Shown in pieces: positions 1 to 9,019 of a DNA stretch of 32,665 nt. The number at the start of each line of letters is the position of its first letter. Positions within the stretch are counted from its first letter, which is position 1. The notes under the pieces are model-generated. The model made no database searches. It had not been told where the DNA came from and was given only the letters and a program-made list of their open reading frames with translations. Location of the stretch: IMG/VR virus record IMGVR_UViG_3300005077_000070, positions 1 through 32,665 of that record, one strand, 5' to 3'. The stretch comes from a virus (taxonomy: Duplodnaviria; Caudoviricetes). Both the position numbers and the translations under genes were made by a program.

Positions 1-1
1 A

Positions 2-73
2 AAGTATTGGCAAAGGCTATGTTCATCATGTCACAAAAGGTATGACATAGATAATGGGTTATCAAAAATGTGA
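2..73 (+). CDS. C-terminal fragment of a probable HNH endonuclease (runs off the left edge)
   Basis: Manual translation KYWQRLCSSCHKRYDIDNGLSKM*; LCxxCHxxYD is typical of the HNH C-terminus; not in the ORF track. Confidence 0.55.
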   Translation, partial: KYWQRLCSSCHKRYDIDNGLSKM

Positions 74-382
74 TTATTGATATTTCAAGACCGACTTCGT
101 GACAGCATTTTCTGTAGAGACAGTTTGAGACAGAGCTTTTAATGCTATCTCCATCTCTCCTGACCTGAAAGGGGATTGGCCTGTAGGAGTGTTGGTTTGC
201 GGGGATGGGGAAGTAAGAGTTGAGTTACCCTGAACCGCCGGTGCAACCTGTGATTGTCCGGGTGCAGCTGGGGAGGTTTGTTCCAAGATAGACACATCCA
301 TACCCCTTCTTTGCATAGCCTGAGTTAGTGCGTCAGCCCCCCCTATTGAGGCTCCAAATGACCCTGTGTTTGATGGCGGCAT
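74..382 (-). CDS. Hypothetical protein, Pro/Gln/Ser-rich, possibly virion-associated
   Basis: 102 aa ORF with its own promoter and leader at 383-442. Confidence 0.6.
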   Translation of the reverse strand: MPPSNTGSFGASIGGADALTQAMQRRGMDVSILEQTSPAAPGQSQVAPAVQGNSTLTSPSPQTNTPTGQSPFRSGEMEIALKALSQTVSTENAVTKSVLKYQ

Positions 383-442
383 GTTTAAAAAATAAAAGCC
401 CAGCTTTGCGCGGGCTTATTGCTCCTACCTTTTATTATATCA
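383..442 (-). promoter_or_regulatory. Extended -10 promoter plus AGGAG-hairpin-U-tract leader (copy 1)
   Basis: Minus strand: TGATATAAT-7nt-AGGAGCAATAAGCCCGCGCAAAGCTGGGCTTTTATTTTTTAAAC-ATG. Confidence 0.65.
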
Positions 443-453
443 CAGTTTACCAC

Positions 454-483
454 TTGACAAGATATAGGTATATATAATAGTAT
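454..483 (+). promoter_or_regulatory. Putative sigma70 promoter for the plus-strand cassette
   Basis: TTGACA at 454-459, TAGTAT at 478-483 (18 nt spacer); resembles the 4078-4107 promoter. Confidence 0.45.
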
Positions 484-578
484 AAAGTATGTTTTGTACT
501 TTAAAGAGGTATTCTGGATATTTATATTTTTTATAAATACCTGGGATATTTCTGAGGTACGGAGTACCTCTTTAGACT

Positions 579-737
579 ATGAAATTATTAAAAATATCAC
601 GAGCAGCCAAATATTTAGGGATGAGTCCGATTACACTAAGAAAGTGGACTAACGCGGGGAAGGTTAAGTGTTACCGTGTGGGTGACAGGAAAGACAGAAG
701 ATTTAAAGTAGAGGATTTAAAAAAATTATTAAAATGA
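579..737 (+). CDS. Small excisionase/MerR-like winged-HTH DNA-binding protein (52 aa)
   Basis: Manual translation MKLLKISRAAKYLGMSPITLRKWTNAGKVKCYRVGDRKDRRFKVEDLKKLLK*; AAxYLG..TLRxW..G....R..R.F pattern; ATGA overlap with the next gene. Confidence 0.8.
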   Translation: MKLLKISRAAKYLGMSPITLRKWTNAGKVKCYRVGDRKDRRFKVEDLKKLLK

Positions 738-1024
738 AAAAGTTTATAAAAATCTTACCTTATGCTTTGGCGGTTGCATTAGCTTTATATTTAGCAGCTA
801 TATTGATAGGTTTTGGTCCAAGAAATGAAAGACCAACCCAAGTGGTTGTTTCTCCTACACCAGTCTCAACTGCGACTCCACAGTATGAAACTTTAGAGGA
901 TAAATGTTTAAGACTTGCAAAGGATTTTGCGGAAAGAAATTCTAAGATATATGATATCGACTATGACAAAACATTAGCAGAGTTTTATGAAGATTGCATG
1001 AACCCCACGGATAAATGGAAATAG
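734..1024 (+). CDS. Membrane-anchored or exported hypothetical protein
   Basis: N-terminal basic plus hydrophobic segment, SPTP linker, two Cys in the C-terminal domain. Confidence 0.65.
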   Translation: MKKFIKILPYALAVALALYLAAILIGFGPRNERPTQVVVSPTPVSTATPQYETLEDKCLRLAKDFAERNSKIYDIDYDKTLAEFYEDCMNPTDKWK

Positions 1025-1122
1025 AGAATAAGTTTGATAGATTAGTATTTGTAATCGTTTGCGCGCTAACTGCACTGATTGCCTTATATTTAATGAATAA
1101 GTTTAATTACCCAGCAAACTAA
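1015..1122 (+). CDS. Possible 35 aa single-pass membrane peptide
   Basis: Manual translation MEIENKFDRLVFVIVCALTALIALYLMNKFNYPAN*; overlaps the upstream stop region. Confidence 0.35.
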   Translation: MEIENKFDRLVFVIVCALTALIALYLMNKFNYPAN

Positions 1123-3115
1123 TCTGCGCAGCTCCTATGTTTGTAAGAAGCCTTCTTAATATCTCTGCACTCATTTTTGCACCAACTTTTTCTCCTGCCT
1201 CCTGAACACCAAGTTTCGCTCCCTTTGATATTAAGTTTTTAGCCAGGAATGATACAACCTGTGGTTGATTCAAAAGCGTAGGAACTCCAACCGCCAAAAG
1301 AAGAGATCCTATTGGTCCGCCTACAGCGTATCCTGTACCGGCACCGGCTGCACCTGCTAGACCTATTTGTTTTAGTATGCCAATAGGCAAGGTTCCTTTA
1401 CCTAATCCTTCTTGTGCCTGGGCTATGTCTCTGAAGGTATACAGTTTATTAAGTTCTTTTCCTAAATCGGCGGATCCTTTTTCAAATGTTTTTTCAGTAA
1501 AGTCATCGATTGTCTGTTTATATATATTTCTTATAACTCTATTTTTTCCAGCTCGTATAGGATCTTCAAGGAATTTTCCAGGGGATAATAAGTCATCAAT
1601 TTTACGTCTTAACTTAACAATTCTCTCTATAGAAATATCTCCTCCTGCACCAACGTCAACTTCTTCTCCGCTTGGAAGAAATATTTTCGGTGTTTTGTCG
1701 CTCCCTGTTATTTGTTTAATTACTAATTTTTTCTCTTCATTTAATTGTTTTACCAGATTCTGTGCCTCTTTGGTTGGAATTTCTTTATAATACTCAATTT
1801 GTGAGTCAAATCTCTTAGTCAAATCCTCAAGTGGAATAGTTTTACCGGATTTTATCGTAATATCATCGTATTGTGACTGAAGAGGTTTAATTAAGTTATC
1901 TACCTGCTCAACACCTTTTTTAAACAGTCCCTTTTCTATAACAAAGTCAGTTAAACTCTGACCTGTCTTTGCCAAAAACTTAGATTGTTGGGAAGGGGAG
2001 GGGCGAATTGCTCTTAAGGCTAGCTTTTCACCGGTTTGTGCTACTGTTTTGCCTACAGTTTGCAGTGCTGGTTTCGCAATAGCTCCGGCGCCTTTAAGTA
2101 GACCTGCCGTTGCAAAATCAAGTACAGCTGCAGTACCGGCATCAACCGTTGCCTCTTTAACCTGCTCTACGGGAGTCTGATCCTGAATACCCGCCAGATC
2201 TTCTATCATATTGCCAAGTGCAGCACCCGCCGCAGTTCCTATGCCTGTCCCGGCCGCTCCGGTTGCTAATGCTCCGACTCCACCCAAAGGAACTCCTAAA
2301 ATACCGCCACCAACTCCACCTATTACACCACCGACAACAGGTGCAGCACCTGATATTTTTTCTGCTATCTTTTGTATAGTTGAAGGTTCACTGACTTTTC
2401 CGGCAATATCAGCATCAGTTGAGGCTAGGGTAGTGGGTGCTGTAATGTCACTTAGATTTTTTTTTTGATCAGTCATTTTAGATGCTATGTCTGCCTCAGC
2501 AGTAGGGTTTTGTCCTAAGAACACTTTTACGTTTTCAAACCACGCTTTTGCTTCTTCATTAGTAGTATTGGGTCCGGGTGCGGAATCCATAAATCTTTTA
2601 GCCTCAGCCTCTTGTGGTGTTCCTGATCCAAAAGCCTGAGTAAATACACCAGCTGTGGCTTCAAGTGCAGATTTGAATATATTTACATCCTCTTGATATT
2701 CGGGATCAAAAGTTTTTCTGGTTAGCTCTGCTATCTTACCTCCTGCTTTACCAAATACACTTGAACTTGGTGCAATTGATAAATCTTTTTTGGTTCCGAC
2801 ATTCTCTGCACTGCCTCTGCCGTATAGTTTCTCAAGTTGTTTGACAGCGGCAAGGGCTGTCTGTTTTTTACCCGCAAATTCATCTACCACACCGCCTGTT
2901 TCTTCCAGTTTCTTCAGCTCCATTTCAGCCTTTTTTCTTTGTAGTGTTTCTATCGGATCACCAACCCCGCCACCTTCTATATCAGCTATCTTTTGCTGTG
3001 TTTGTACTTTAGCCAAAAAACTCTCAGGTGATATTCCCACAGCCTGAGCCTCTTCCAAAGTGAAGTTTCGCACCTCTCCTGTATTTTTGTTTCTGAATGT
3101 TGCTGTTAATGCCAT
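1103..3115 (-). CDS. Putative DNA-ejection / internal virion protein
   Basis: Large helical protein with Gly/Ala-zipper hydrophobic segments, downstream of tail genes; ATG at 3115 (MALTATF) directly follows the upstream stop and is preferred over 3139. Confidence 0.55.
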   Translation of the reverse strand: MALTATFRNKNTGEVRNFTLEEAQAVGISPESFLAKVQTQQKIADIEGGGVGDPIETLQRKKAEMELKKLEETGGVVDEFAGKKQTALAAVKQLEKLYGRGSAENVGTKKDLSIAPSSSVFGKAGGKIAELTRKTFDPEYQEDVNIFKSALEATAGVFTQAFGSGTPQEAEAKRFMDSAPGPNTTNEEAKAWFENVKVFLGQNPTAEADIASKMTDQKKNLSDITAPTTLASTDADIAGKVSEPSTIQKIAEKISGAAPVVGGVIGGVGGGILGVPLGGVGALATGAAGTGIGTAAGAALGNMIEDLAGIQDQTPVEQVKEATVDAGTAAVLDFATAGLLKGAGAIAKPALQTVGKTVAQTGEKLALRAIRPSPSQQSKFLAKTGQSLTDFVIEKGLFKKGVEQVDNLIKPLQSQYDDITIKSGKTIPLEDLTKRFDSQIEYYKEIPTKEAQNLVKQLNEEKKLVIKQITGSDKTPKIFLPSGEEVDVGAGGDISIERIVKLRRKIDDLLSPGKFLEDPIRAGKNRVIRNIYKQTIDDFTEKTFEKGSADLGKELNKLYTFRDIAQAQEGLGKGTLPIGILKQIGLAGAAGAGTGYAVGGPIGSLLLAVGVPTLLNQPQVVSFLAKNLISKGAKLGVQEAGEKVGAKMSAEILRRLLTNIGAAQISLLGN

Positions 3116-3116
3116 G

Positions 3117-3998
3117 TTAATCCCAAGCTGATCCTCCACCTGAAGACAGTGTACCCTTAGGGAAACTGCCTATTTCGTTTCCGTTTACATCAAGTATGGC
3201 AATCCTGTCTCCCAGATCAACAGTGGTAATTCCTTGTTTATATTGTTCATTTGCCTGTTCAAGCTGTGCCAACTTTGTAGCCTCCGAAAGAGTAGCCCTG
3301 TTTGTGGCCCCTTCTTCCTGAATTTGAGTAAGTAAGAGATTTAGTCTGTTCTCTGCATCCTGGTTAAACCCCGTAGATTCTCTTGCAAATCTGTCTTTCA
3401 TTAGGTCAATTTCCGTTTCGTATGGTTTTAAGGCTATTTCTGCCTGTCTTCCGAACTCTTCCTCACCAAATTGTGCCAGTCTGACCGCTTCCTGTGCCAG
3501 GGGGGCTATTTTGCCTTGTTCGGAGGATATAATCCTCGCCAATTGGTTTGCGGTAACGTCAAAACCGCGCGTAGCGCCTTCCTGTACTGTTGGAATGTTG
3601 GTTAGGGTAGAGCTTAAGTCGTAGGCTGATTGTCTTAATTGTGGAAGTCCTAATTGCTCTTCTAGGCTTGTTAAAACCCCAGGGTATTCAGTTCTGAATC
3701 TGTTTAAAAAATCTTCTTCTTCTGTTCTTAAACTTTCGTTAAAAGCTGTTCTTTCTGCCTCGCTTTGGGCAGTTGCATATGTGCCTACAGGGGAAAAGTA
3801 TTTGGATGCAAAACCACCCTCAGATGAGTTTGCGCCGTATTCGGAAGGAAGATTAAAAGTTTGGCCTGCGGAAAGGGGAGTGTCTTCGCCGATCCCACCG
3901 AAACCCGCCAGAACGTCACTCCTGAAACCATATTTACTAGCTAACTGTCTGAGTGTTTGTCCTGCTAAAGATTCGGGTACTTCAAATGAATATGCCAT
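3117..3998 (-). CDS. LysM-domain coiled-coil protein, putative ejection/virion protein
   Basis: GQTLRQLASKYG...L...G......LSAGQTFNLP fits the LysM pattern; start at 3998 because the 4025 start lies in the leader hairpin. Confidence 0.6.
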   Translation of the reverse strand: MAYSFEVPESLAGQTLRQLASKYGFRSDVLAGFGGIGEDTPLSAGQTFNLPSEYGANSSEGGFASKYFSPVGTYATAQSEAERTAFNESLRTEEEDFLNRFRTEYPGVLTSLEEQLGLPQLRQSAYDLSSTLTNIPTVQEGATRGFDVTANQLARIISSEQGKIAPLAQEAVRLAQFGEEEFGRQAEIALKPYETEIDLMKDRFARESTGFNQDAENRLNLLLTQIQEEGATNRATLSEATKLAQLEQANEQYKQGITTVDLGDRIAILDVNGNEIGSFPKGTLSSGGGSAWD

Positions 3999-4058
3999 GT
4001 TAAAAAAACAAAAACCCACAACCATTGTGGGCTTTTTGCTCCTGTTTCTATTATAACA
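3999..4058 (-). promoter_or_regulatory. Extended -10 promoter plus AGGAG-hairpin-U-tract leader (copy 2)
   Basis: TGTTATAAT-6nt-AGGAGCAAAAAGCCCACAATGGTTGTGGGTTTTTGTTTTTTTAAC-ATG. Confidence 0.65.
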
Positions 4059-4077
4059 TGAATGGAAAGTCTATATC

Positions 4078-4107
4078 TTGACAGGATATTATAATTTATA
4101 GTATATT
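4078..4107 (+). promoter_or_regulatory. Putative sigma70 promoter
   Basis: TTGACA at 4078-4083, TATATT at 4102-4107, AT-rich context. Confidence 0.4.
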
Positions 4108-4135
4108 TTATATAGATAGGTTGGGGGTGAGATAT

Positions 4136-4267
4136 GTGAAATATATAATCAAACTTTTCAGAAAATTATTTAATAGGTGTGAAAAATGCGGAGGAAAGGT
4201 TGTATTTTGGAGTTCCAGAAAACTTAAATGCAGTAAGTGTGGTAAAACTTACCCCACTGGCATATAA
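4136..4267 (+). CDS. 43 aa zinc-ribbon microprotein
   Basis: GTG start after SD-like GGGGGTGA; MKYIIKLFRKLFNRCEKCGGKVVFWSSRKLKCSKCGKTYPTGI*; two CxxCG motifs. Confidence 0.6.
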   Translation: MKYIIKLFRKLFNRCEKCGGKVVFWSSRKLKCSKCGKTYPTGI

Positions 4268-4320
4268 ATAAATTCTGTTTATCTCTAACTGTATTGTCAG
4301 TGGATTGGTTTTTGGTCTCG

Positions 4321-5193
4321 TTACTCAAGCTGATTAAGAAAAATAGTGTATTTGTAGTCTGCTACTACCTGACTGGTAGTTACGACTCTCATATAGGTAA
4401 GACCACCCGTATCGGCCCATATTTCCTGAAACCAGACATTTGAAGGACTGGCATCGTCCAGCATCATAAAACCTATCGCATTACCAGAACTCCATCCTGG
4501 CCTTGCTAATATTTCATTTGTAGCAGCAGTTGCAGTAATGCCAAAGTAATTTCCTGTAGAGGGTAAGGAAACATTATTTTGGTTTCTGGCTGTAGTTTTT
4601 GGCCTGGCAAAAGGGTCATTAAAAACAGCAGTATTATCTTCATCGATTCCATAAAAGTCATACTTAAGATTACTTGTTCCAGTTCCTTTGTTTTCAACAT
4701 AAAAATACACTGTAGAACTGGTCACGGTTGTTCCTTGAGCTATATTTACGTTTCTAAATCTGACTGCTCCGTTTCTAGCTCCTTCATTGGTATTTCCTTG
4801 AACAATCATGTGTTGTCCTCCTAACCAGTTTGTGTACATATCTTCATTGGAGTAGTTTGTGTGATAATCTGTAGTGATTACGTTTGCTGTTGCTTTTATG
4901 TATAGATTTGTAGAATCTGCATAAGCATATACAAGCTGTTTATCATCTGTGCCATACGGAGCAACGCAATATCTTCCCAATTGTCCTGGATCAACATGAA
5001 CCAAAAAAGCAGGGGTATAACCAAGACCGTGTGCAATTGTTGCCAAGCCACCACCACTCGCACTATTAACAGTACCGCTATCCCTTGCATGAATTTTAAA
5101 AGTACTATATTTGGAACTAAAAGCTAACTGCTCTGGGGTTGCAGTTTTTACGTCATATCCCGGTCTTGATACTTTTATTCCATAATCTGTCAT
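4321..5193 (-). CDS. Tail-tip / receptor-binding-associated protein with an inserted beta-sandwich (DNRLRE-like) domain
   Basis: N-terminal DYGIKVS..GYDV module shared with the neighbour; beta-rich; position after the nozzle-like gene. Confidence 0.5.
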   Translation of the reverse strand: MTDYGIKVSRPGYDVKTATPEQLAFSSKYSTFKIHARDSGTVNSASGGGLATIAHGLGYTPAFLVHVDPGQLGRYCVAPYGTDDKQLVYAYADSTNLYIKATANVITTDYHTNYSNEDMYTNWLGGQHMIVQGNTNEGARNGAVRFRNVNIAQGTTVTSSTVYFYVENKGTGTSNLKYDFYGIDEDNTAVFNDPFARPKTTARNQNNVSLPSTGNYFGITATAATNEILARPGWSSGNAIGFMMLDDASPSNVWFQEIWADTGGLTYMRVVTTSQVVADYKYTIFLNQLE

Positions 5194-5924
5194 ATTGCAG
5201 GATCAGCTAAAATATAATATTTAATTTTAACAGTGCAACTTGCGCTAGACTCTGCATTGGCCACTAAAAATGTATCTGTAGTCCATGAACTCAATGTCAC
5301 ACTTTTTCCGCTCAATGTATCATTTTCATTCTCTGACCACCATTTTCCACTATCATCTACTTCAAAATAAATTAAGTAAGCTGGAGTAGTATCTAGTCCG
5401 TGTGCAATCAAAAAGTTATATGAAGTATTTACTGTATGTGACTCGTCATCAGTCAAAGCTATTTTTATTGAATTTTTTTCGCTATTAAATGTCTGTTGTA
5501 ATAAGTTAGCAGTTTTTACATCATATCCATCTTTAGATATTTTTATTCCGTAGTCATTTGTAGAAACATTCGACAGAGCAGTTCCTGTATCAAGTGGCTC
5601 ATAAAAAATATAGTACTTAACTCCGTCGTCATTACTTGCATAAATATCCAAGTCAGAGCTATCAATAAAAGCTGTTGCGAATGTATCGTATCCAGTAGCC
5701 AAACCCGAACCTTCCGATTTTATACCACTTCCTTCGTCTACCCATACCAAAAACTGAGGTTCATATCCTAAGTTGTGTGTTATTGTTTCCGGTTGGGCGT
5801 CAACGGTAAGCGATCCTTCATCAAAAACGTTGAGTAGCCTGAATCCGGTTTTTAAAGAACGATTTTTATCTTCTGCCGTAAATACGTCAAACCCTTCTTC
5901 TGACACTTTAATTCCATAGTCCAT
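5190..5924 (-). CDS. Tail-associated protein with two tandem DYGIKxS..GxDV modules
   Basis: Internal duplication MDYGIKVSEEGFDV...HNLGYEPQF and NDYGIKISKDGYDV...HGLDTTPAY. Confidence 0.5.
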   Translation of the reverse strand: MDYGIKVSEEGFDVFTAEDKNRSLKTGFRLLNVFDEGSLTVDAQPETITHNLGYEPQFLVWVDEGSGIKSEGSGLATGYDTFATAFIDSSDLDIYASNDDGVKYYIFYEPLDTGTALSNVSTNDYGIKISKDGYDVKTANLLQQTFNSEKNSIKIALTDDESHTVNTSYNFLIAHGLDTTPAYLIYFEVDDSGKWWSENENDTLSGKSVTLSSWTTDTFLVANAESSASCTVKIKYYILADPAI

Positions 5925-5927
5925 AAG

Positions 5928-6191
5928 TTAAAATCCATCTGCTTGATATCCTATCAATATACGATCGTGAGTTCCATCGTTTATTACAATTCTGGTATTT
6001 TCTCCGTCTATGATAATATTTGCACTTCCCACGCCTAATGCTACTGTAATAGTGCCTGCAGTTATTTTATCTGCAGTTAAACTCTCTATGTGTCTATCCT
6101 TAACAGAATCAGGTAAGTATTCTCTTTGAGATACTCTCGGTTCTATTCCATCATTTTTATTTTTAGTGAAAAACTCTTCTAAATTTGTCAT
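5928..6191 (-). CDS. Small tail needle/fibre-like protein
   Basis: LTADKITAGTI and I.I.DG..R..IG resemble C-terminal segments of tail-tip/central fibre proteins; ATGA-coupled to the upstream gene. Confidence 0.45.
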   Translation of the reverse strand: MTNLEEFFTKNKNDGIEPRVSQREYLPDSVKDRHIESLTADKITAGTITVALGVGSANIIIDGENTRIVINDGTHDRILIGYQADGF

Positions 6192-8026
6192 GATTCTAGT
6201 TCTTCTGATAAATCATCCCATTCAAGCTCAATTGATGTAATTTTGGGGAAGGTGTTTGACGTGGAGGCTACATTAAATCCAAACTCTGCCTCTCTACATC
6301 TGGTATTGATGTGTATTCTTGCTATGGTATCTCCTACGGTTGAGGCTGCAGTTCCGTTTGTAAAGGATGAAGCTCTGTCTAGTTTATACTTTGGAGTTAT
6401 ACTTTGGCCTGTGGTTAAAGGTTCAAACCTGACTGTTACAGTTAAGGCCATCATATCAGCATCAGGATTGCCCCCATCAAATATCAGGGATTCCCAAGAT
6501 CCCGATGCATTAGCTCCGTCGCCTGCCGTGATTTTATCAACACCAAATGTTCCGTTGTCGTCCCACCCAAAATATAAATCGTGGCCGAAGGCACGAAGCA
6601 TTCCAACCTTTAACGTAGTTGCCTGTGTTGTTCCCGTTGACACTTGATGGGGGAAATTTAAAACAGTTGGAAGTTCCTGTAGCTCACTTCCAAGTTCATA
6701 TACCCCTTGTTCAACTCCTGCAGAGTCATCAGTTAGTCCTGCAAAACCAAAAAGAGTTCTCCCTTCAAATTGGGTTATAGCACCGGGATACACCTCAACC
6801 TTTTTACCTCTGGTCAGTTTTGGTATGGCGTTTGTAATTTGTACTGTTGATCCGCCTGTTTCTGAAGCGTAAAGTGCTCCCTCATTTCCATATACACCTA
6901 ACGTCCGTGAACCCTCAGCAATTAAGGCGTTGGGTGCGCCTTGAGGTATGATCTCAAAAAAATTGAAAGTAGAGGATACACCATCCCAATAATATCTTCT
7001 TGATTCTTCTGCTTCGTCAAAACTTGGACCTTTCCAGCATTCGGCTACAACATACTCACCAACTACAGCCAAAGTTCTAGTTTCAAATCCAGGGGGGAAA
7101 ACTATTCTGTTGGGGTTATAAGTAGCCTGATCCCAATAGGCTAAATATCTCTCATTTGCTATCACAATCGCATTTAAGTGTTTGACTATCATATGGAAAT
7201 CAGCATCAATTAATATTCCAAAGTCAGTTGAAAATTCTGCATCTTCCAAATCTGTCGCAGTTCCTGTGTCAACTCCTCCGTCTGCAACTGTAGATGTAAC
7301 ATGGAAATGATATTCATTCCCGATAATTATTCTAAGTGGCGTTGCAAACTCAAATTCAACGTCTCCTGTAGACATAGACCCGTTTGCAATAGTTTTACTT
7401 CCTATAAGCACGTTGTTTGCATCATGCACTGTCAGTGTCCAATCTCCAGAACCTACAACGTCAACGTCTATTGTTATTGAACGTATAGGATCTCTTTGCG
7501 GTGTAAACGTCTGTCTTGCCGCTGCGGTTTCTGCAATGGAAGTTGGAGGGACGTAATCTGCTGCTCCTGTGGATCCTCCGTTTTGGTCTACGTCAGTAGT
7601 GCCATCCGCCAAAAAGTTATCTGAAAATGCAGGAGTTCCTGAAAGTTTGCCGTATCTTCCAAGCTGAACTGACCCTGCGTAGTATGCGTAGTCATCAAAT
7701 ACTTCCAAACCTTCTCCTGCACAACCTGTAACAGTTCTGGAAAGAGCAAAAGAGTCTGCACTGCTTACTGTATAAAATTTCCCTGCATTGTCTAAAACGA
7801 ATCTGTTTGATGTCCAAGGCGATCCGTCCACCATAAATGTTGGTAAACCTGCAACGGTTGTTGAAGATTTTTTGGTTCCTTTTCTGGCTAAAGTGACATA
7901 TGACTGATCGGAAAATGGATCTAGTCCTTTCGAAAAACGGGCAGCGTTTGCAATTTTCTTTTTTTCATTAGAAGACCTACCAATTGCACCTGAAAAGTCA
8001 CTTATAACTAGTTTCTGAAGAGCCAT
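6188..8026 (-). CDS. Putative tail nozzle / packaged-DNA stabilisation protein (podovirus type, beta-propeller-like)
   Basis: 612 aa, beta-rich, I.DFSG N-terminus, follows the adaptor gene. Confidence 0.55.
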   Translation of the reverse strand: MALQKLVISDFSGAIGRSSNEKKKIANAARFSKGLDPFSDQSYVTLARKGTKKSSTTVAGLPTFMVDGSPWTSNRFVLDNAGKFYTVSSADSFALSRTVTGCAGEGLEVFDDYAYYAGSVQLGRYGKLSGTPAFSDNFLADGTTDVDQNGGSTGAADYVPPTSIAETAAARQTFTPQRDPIRSITIDVDVVGSGDWTLTVHDANNVLIGSKTIANGSMSTGDVEFEFATPLRIIIGNEYHFHVTSTVADGGVDTGTATDLEDAEFSTDFGILIDADFHMIVKHLNAIVIANERYLAYWDQATYNPNRIVFPPGFETRTLAVVGEYVVAECWKGPSFDEAEESRRYYWDGVSSTFNFFEIIPQGAPNALIAEGSRTLGVYGNEGALYASETGGSTVQITNAIPKLTRGKKVEVYPGAITQFEGRTLFGFAGLTDDSAGVEQGVYELGSELQELPTVLNFPHQVSTGTTQATTLKVGMLRAFGHDLYFGWDDNGTFGVDKITAGDGANASGSWESLIFDGGNPDADMMALTVTVRFEPLTTGQSITPKYKLDRASSFTNGTAASTVGDTIARIHINTRCREAEFGFNVASTSNTFPKITSIELEWDDLSEELES

Positions 8027-8044
8027 GCATATATTTTACCACGA

Positions 8045-9007
8045 CTAACTAAGCGTTATGCCCCATTTTTTAAGATCTGCGCTGTCTTCTCTTCCCGGAT
8101 TTCTGTCGATTAGCTGTGAATCGTCCCTGTTTTCATAGTCCATGATAAGCCCTATCAACCCTCCTGTTACCTTGTCAGGGTCACGCATCCGGCTTGTGTT
8201 ACTGTAATCTCCCGTCCAAAACATATTATTCCACCCCTGGGCTTTGCTTTGGCTTTGTTTAAATCCTGCGAAGTAGTCAGCTAATGCACCCCAAGCTCTT
8301 AATTCATGCCCCTCAGGGGGACCAAATGGAGTTTGGCCTATTTTGTAGGTAGATGCTGCTATCGCAGTATCATTCCAGGTTCTTTTAAGCTCTAGGTGTG
8401 TTGCATCTGTAATAGAGTCTATCTCATACCAGTTTCCTACAGGCTCTGCGTTTGCGTCTGTTTGAACAAACCAATCTCCCGGCCTGACTGTAGCGGTACT
8501 GTTCCAAGTAGTTCCTGATCCTGTTGCGGTTTCGTCTGCGTTTACTGTAGTTACTGTTCCTGTTATGTAGTCTGTTCTAACCAGACCTCCTCCTCTTACG
8601 TTGTAGATCATTGCTACCGTATAGGCGTCCTGTGGAATAGGGTAGATTCCAAAGTCAGATTCTCTTTTGAAATAATGAGTGGGGAGTGCTCCCGCCTGAA
8701 TAGTGATTGCGTTCATTTCGGTCCACTTTTTGTAGGAGTGAATAGGTTTTAGGGTGTAGGTAACGCTTCCTACAACTACAGTTATGCTTTCAATGTCTCT
8801 CATGTTTGGGGGATAGTCGTAATATTGGGTTCCGTCAACTGTCGTAAAAGAATAGCTTTTTTCAGTCAAATAACTAGGAAGTTTAGACAATATAAACTCA
8901 TCCCGTACATTTATCCTTTGTTTGAAAAATGTTGCAGATGCGGTAGTAGTGTCCTTCCCCGAAGAATTTTGGCAAAAAGTTAGTAAATCTGAAAAAGTCA
9001 TTCTCAT
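8045..9007 (-). CDS. Putative head-tail adaptor protein
   Basis: T..GT..Y..P and P..Y......IYPIP...YT motifs typical of adaptor proteins; inserted GTVT....ATGSGTTW beta domain. Confidence 0.6.
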   Translation of the reverse strand: MRMTFSDLLTFCQNSSGKDTTTASATFFKQRINVRDEFILSKLPSYLTEKSYSFTTVDGTQYYDYPPNMRDIESITVVVGSVTYTLKPIHSYKKWTEMNAITIQAGALPTHYFKRESDFGIYPIPQDAYTVAMIYNVRGGGLVRTDYITGTVTTVNADETATGSGTTWNSTATVRPGDWFVQTDANAEPVGNWYEIDSITDATHLELKRTWNDTAIAASTYKIGQTPFGPPEGHELRAWGALADYFAGFKQSQSKAQGWNNMFWTGDYSNTSRMRDPDKVTGGLIGLIMDYENRDDSQLIDRNPGREDSADLKKWGITLS

Positions 9008-9019
9008 GGTTTAATTATA

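Noticed and set aside
579-737. Evidence of a prophage boundary from the excisionase-like gene
   Set aside because: No integrase or att site in the window, and this HTH family also acts as a general regulator
1103-3115. Tape measure protein call
   Set aside because: No tail tube or tail assembly chaperone genes nearby; gene order fits podovirus ejection proteins better
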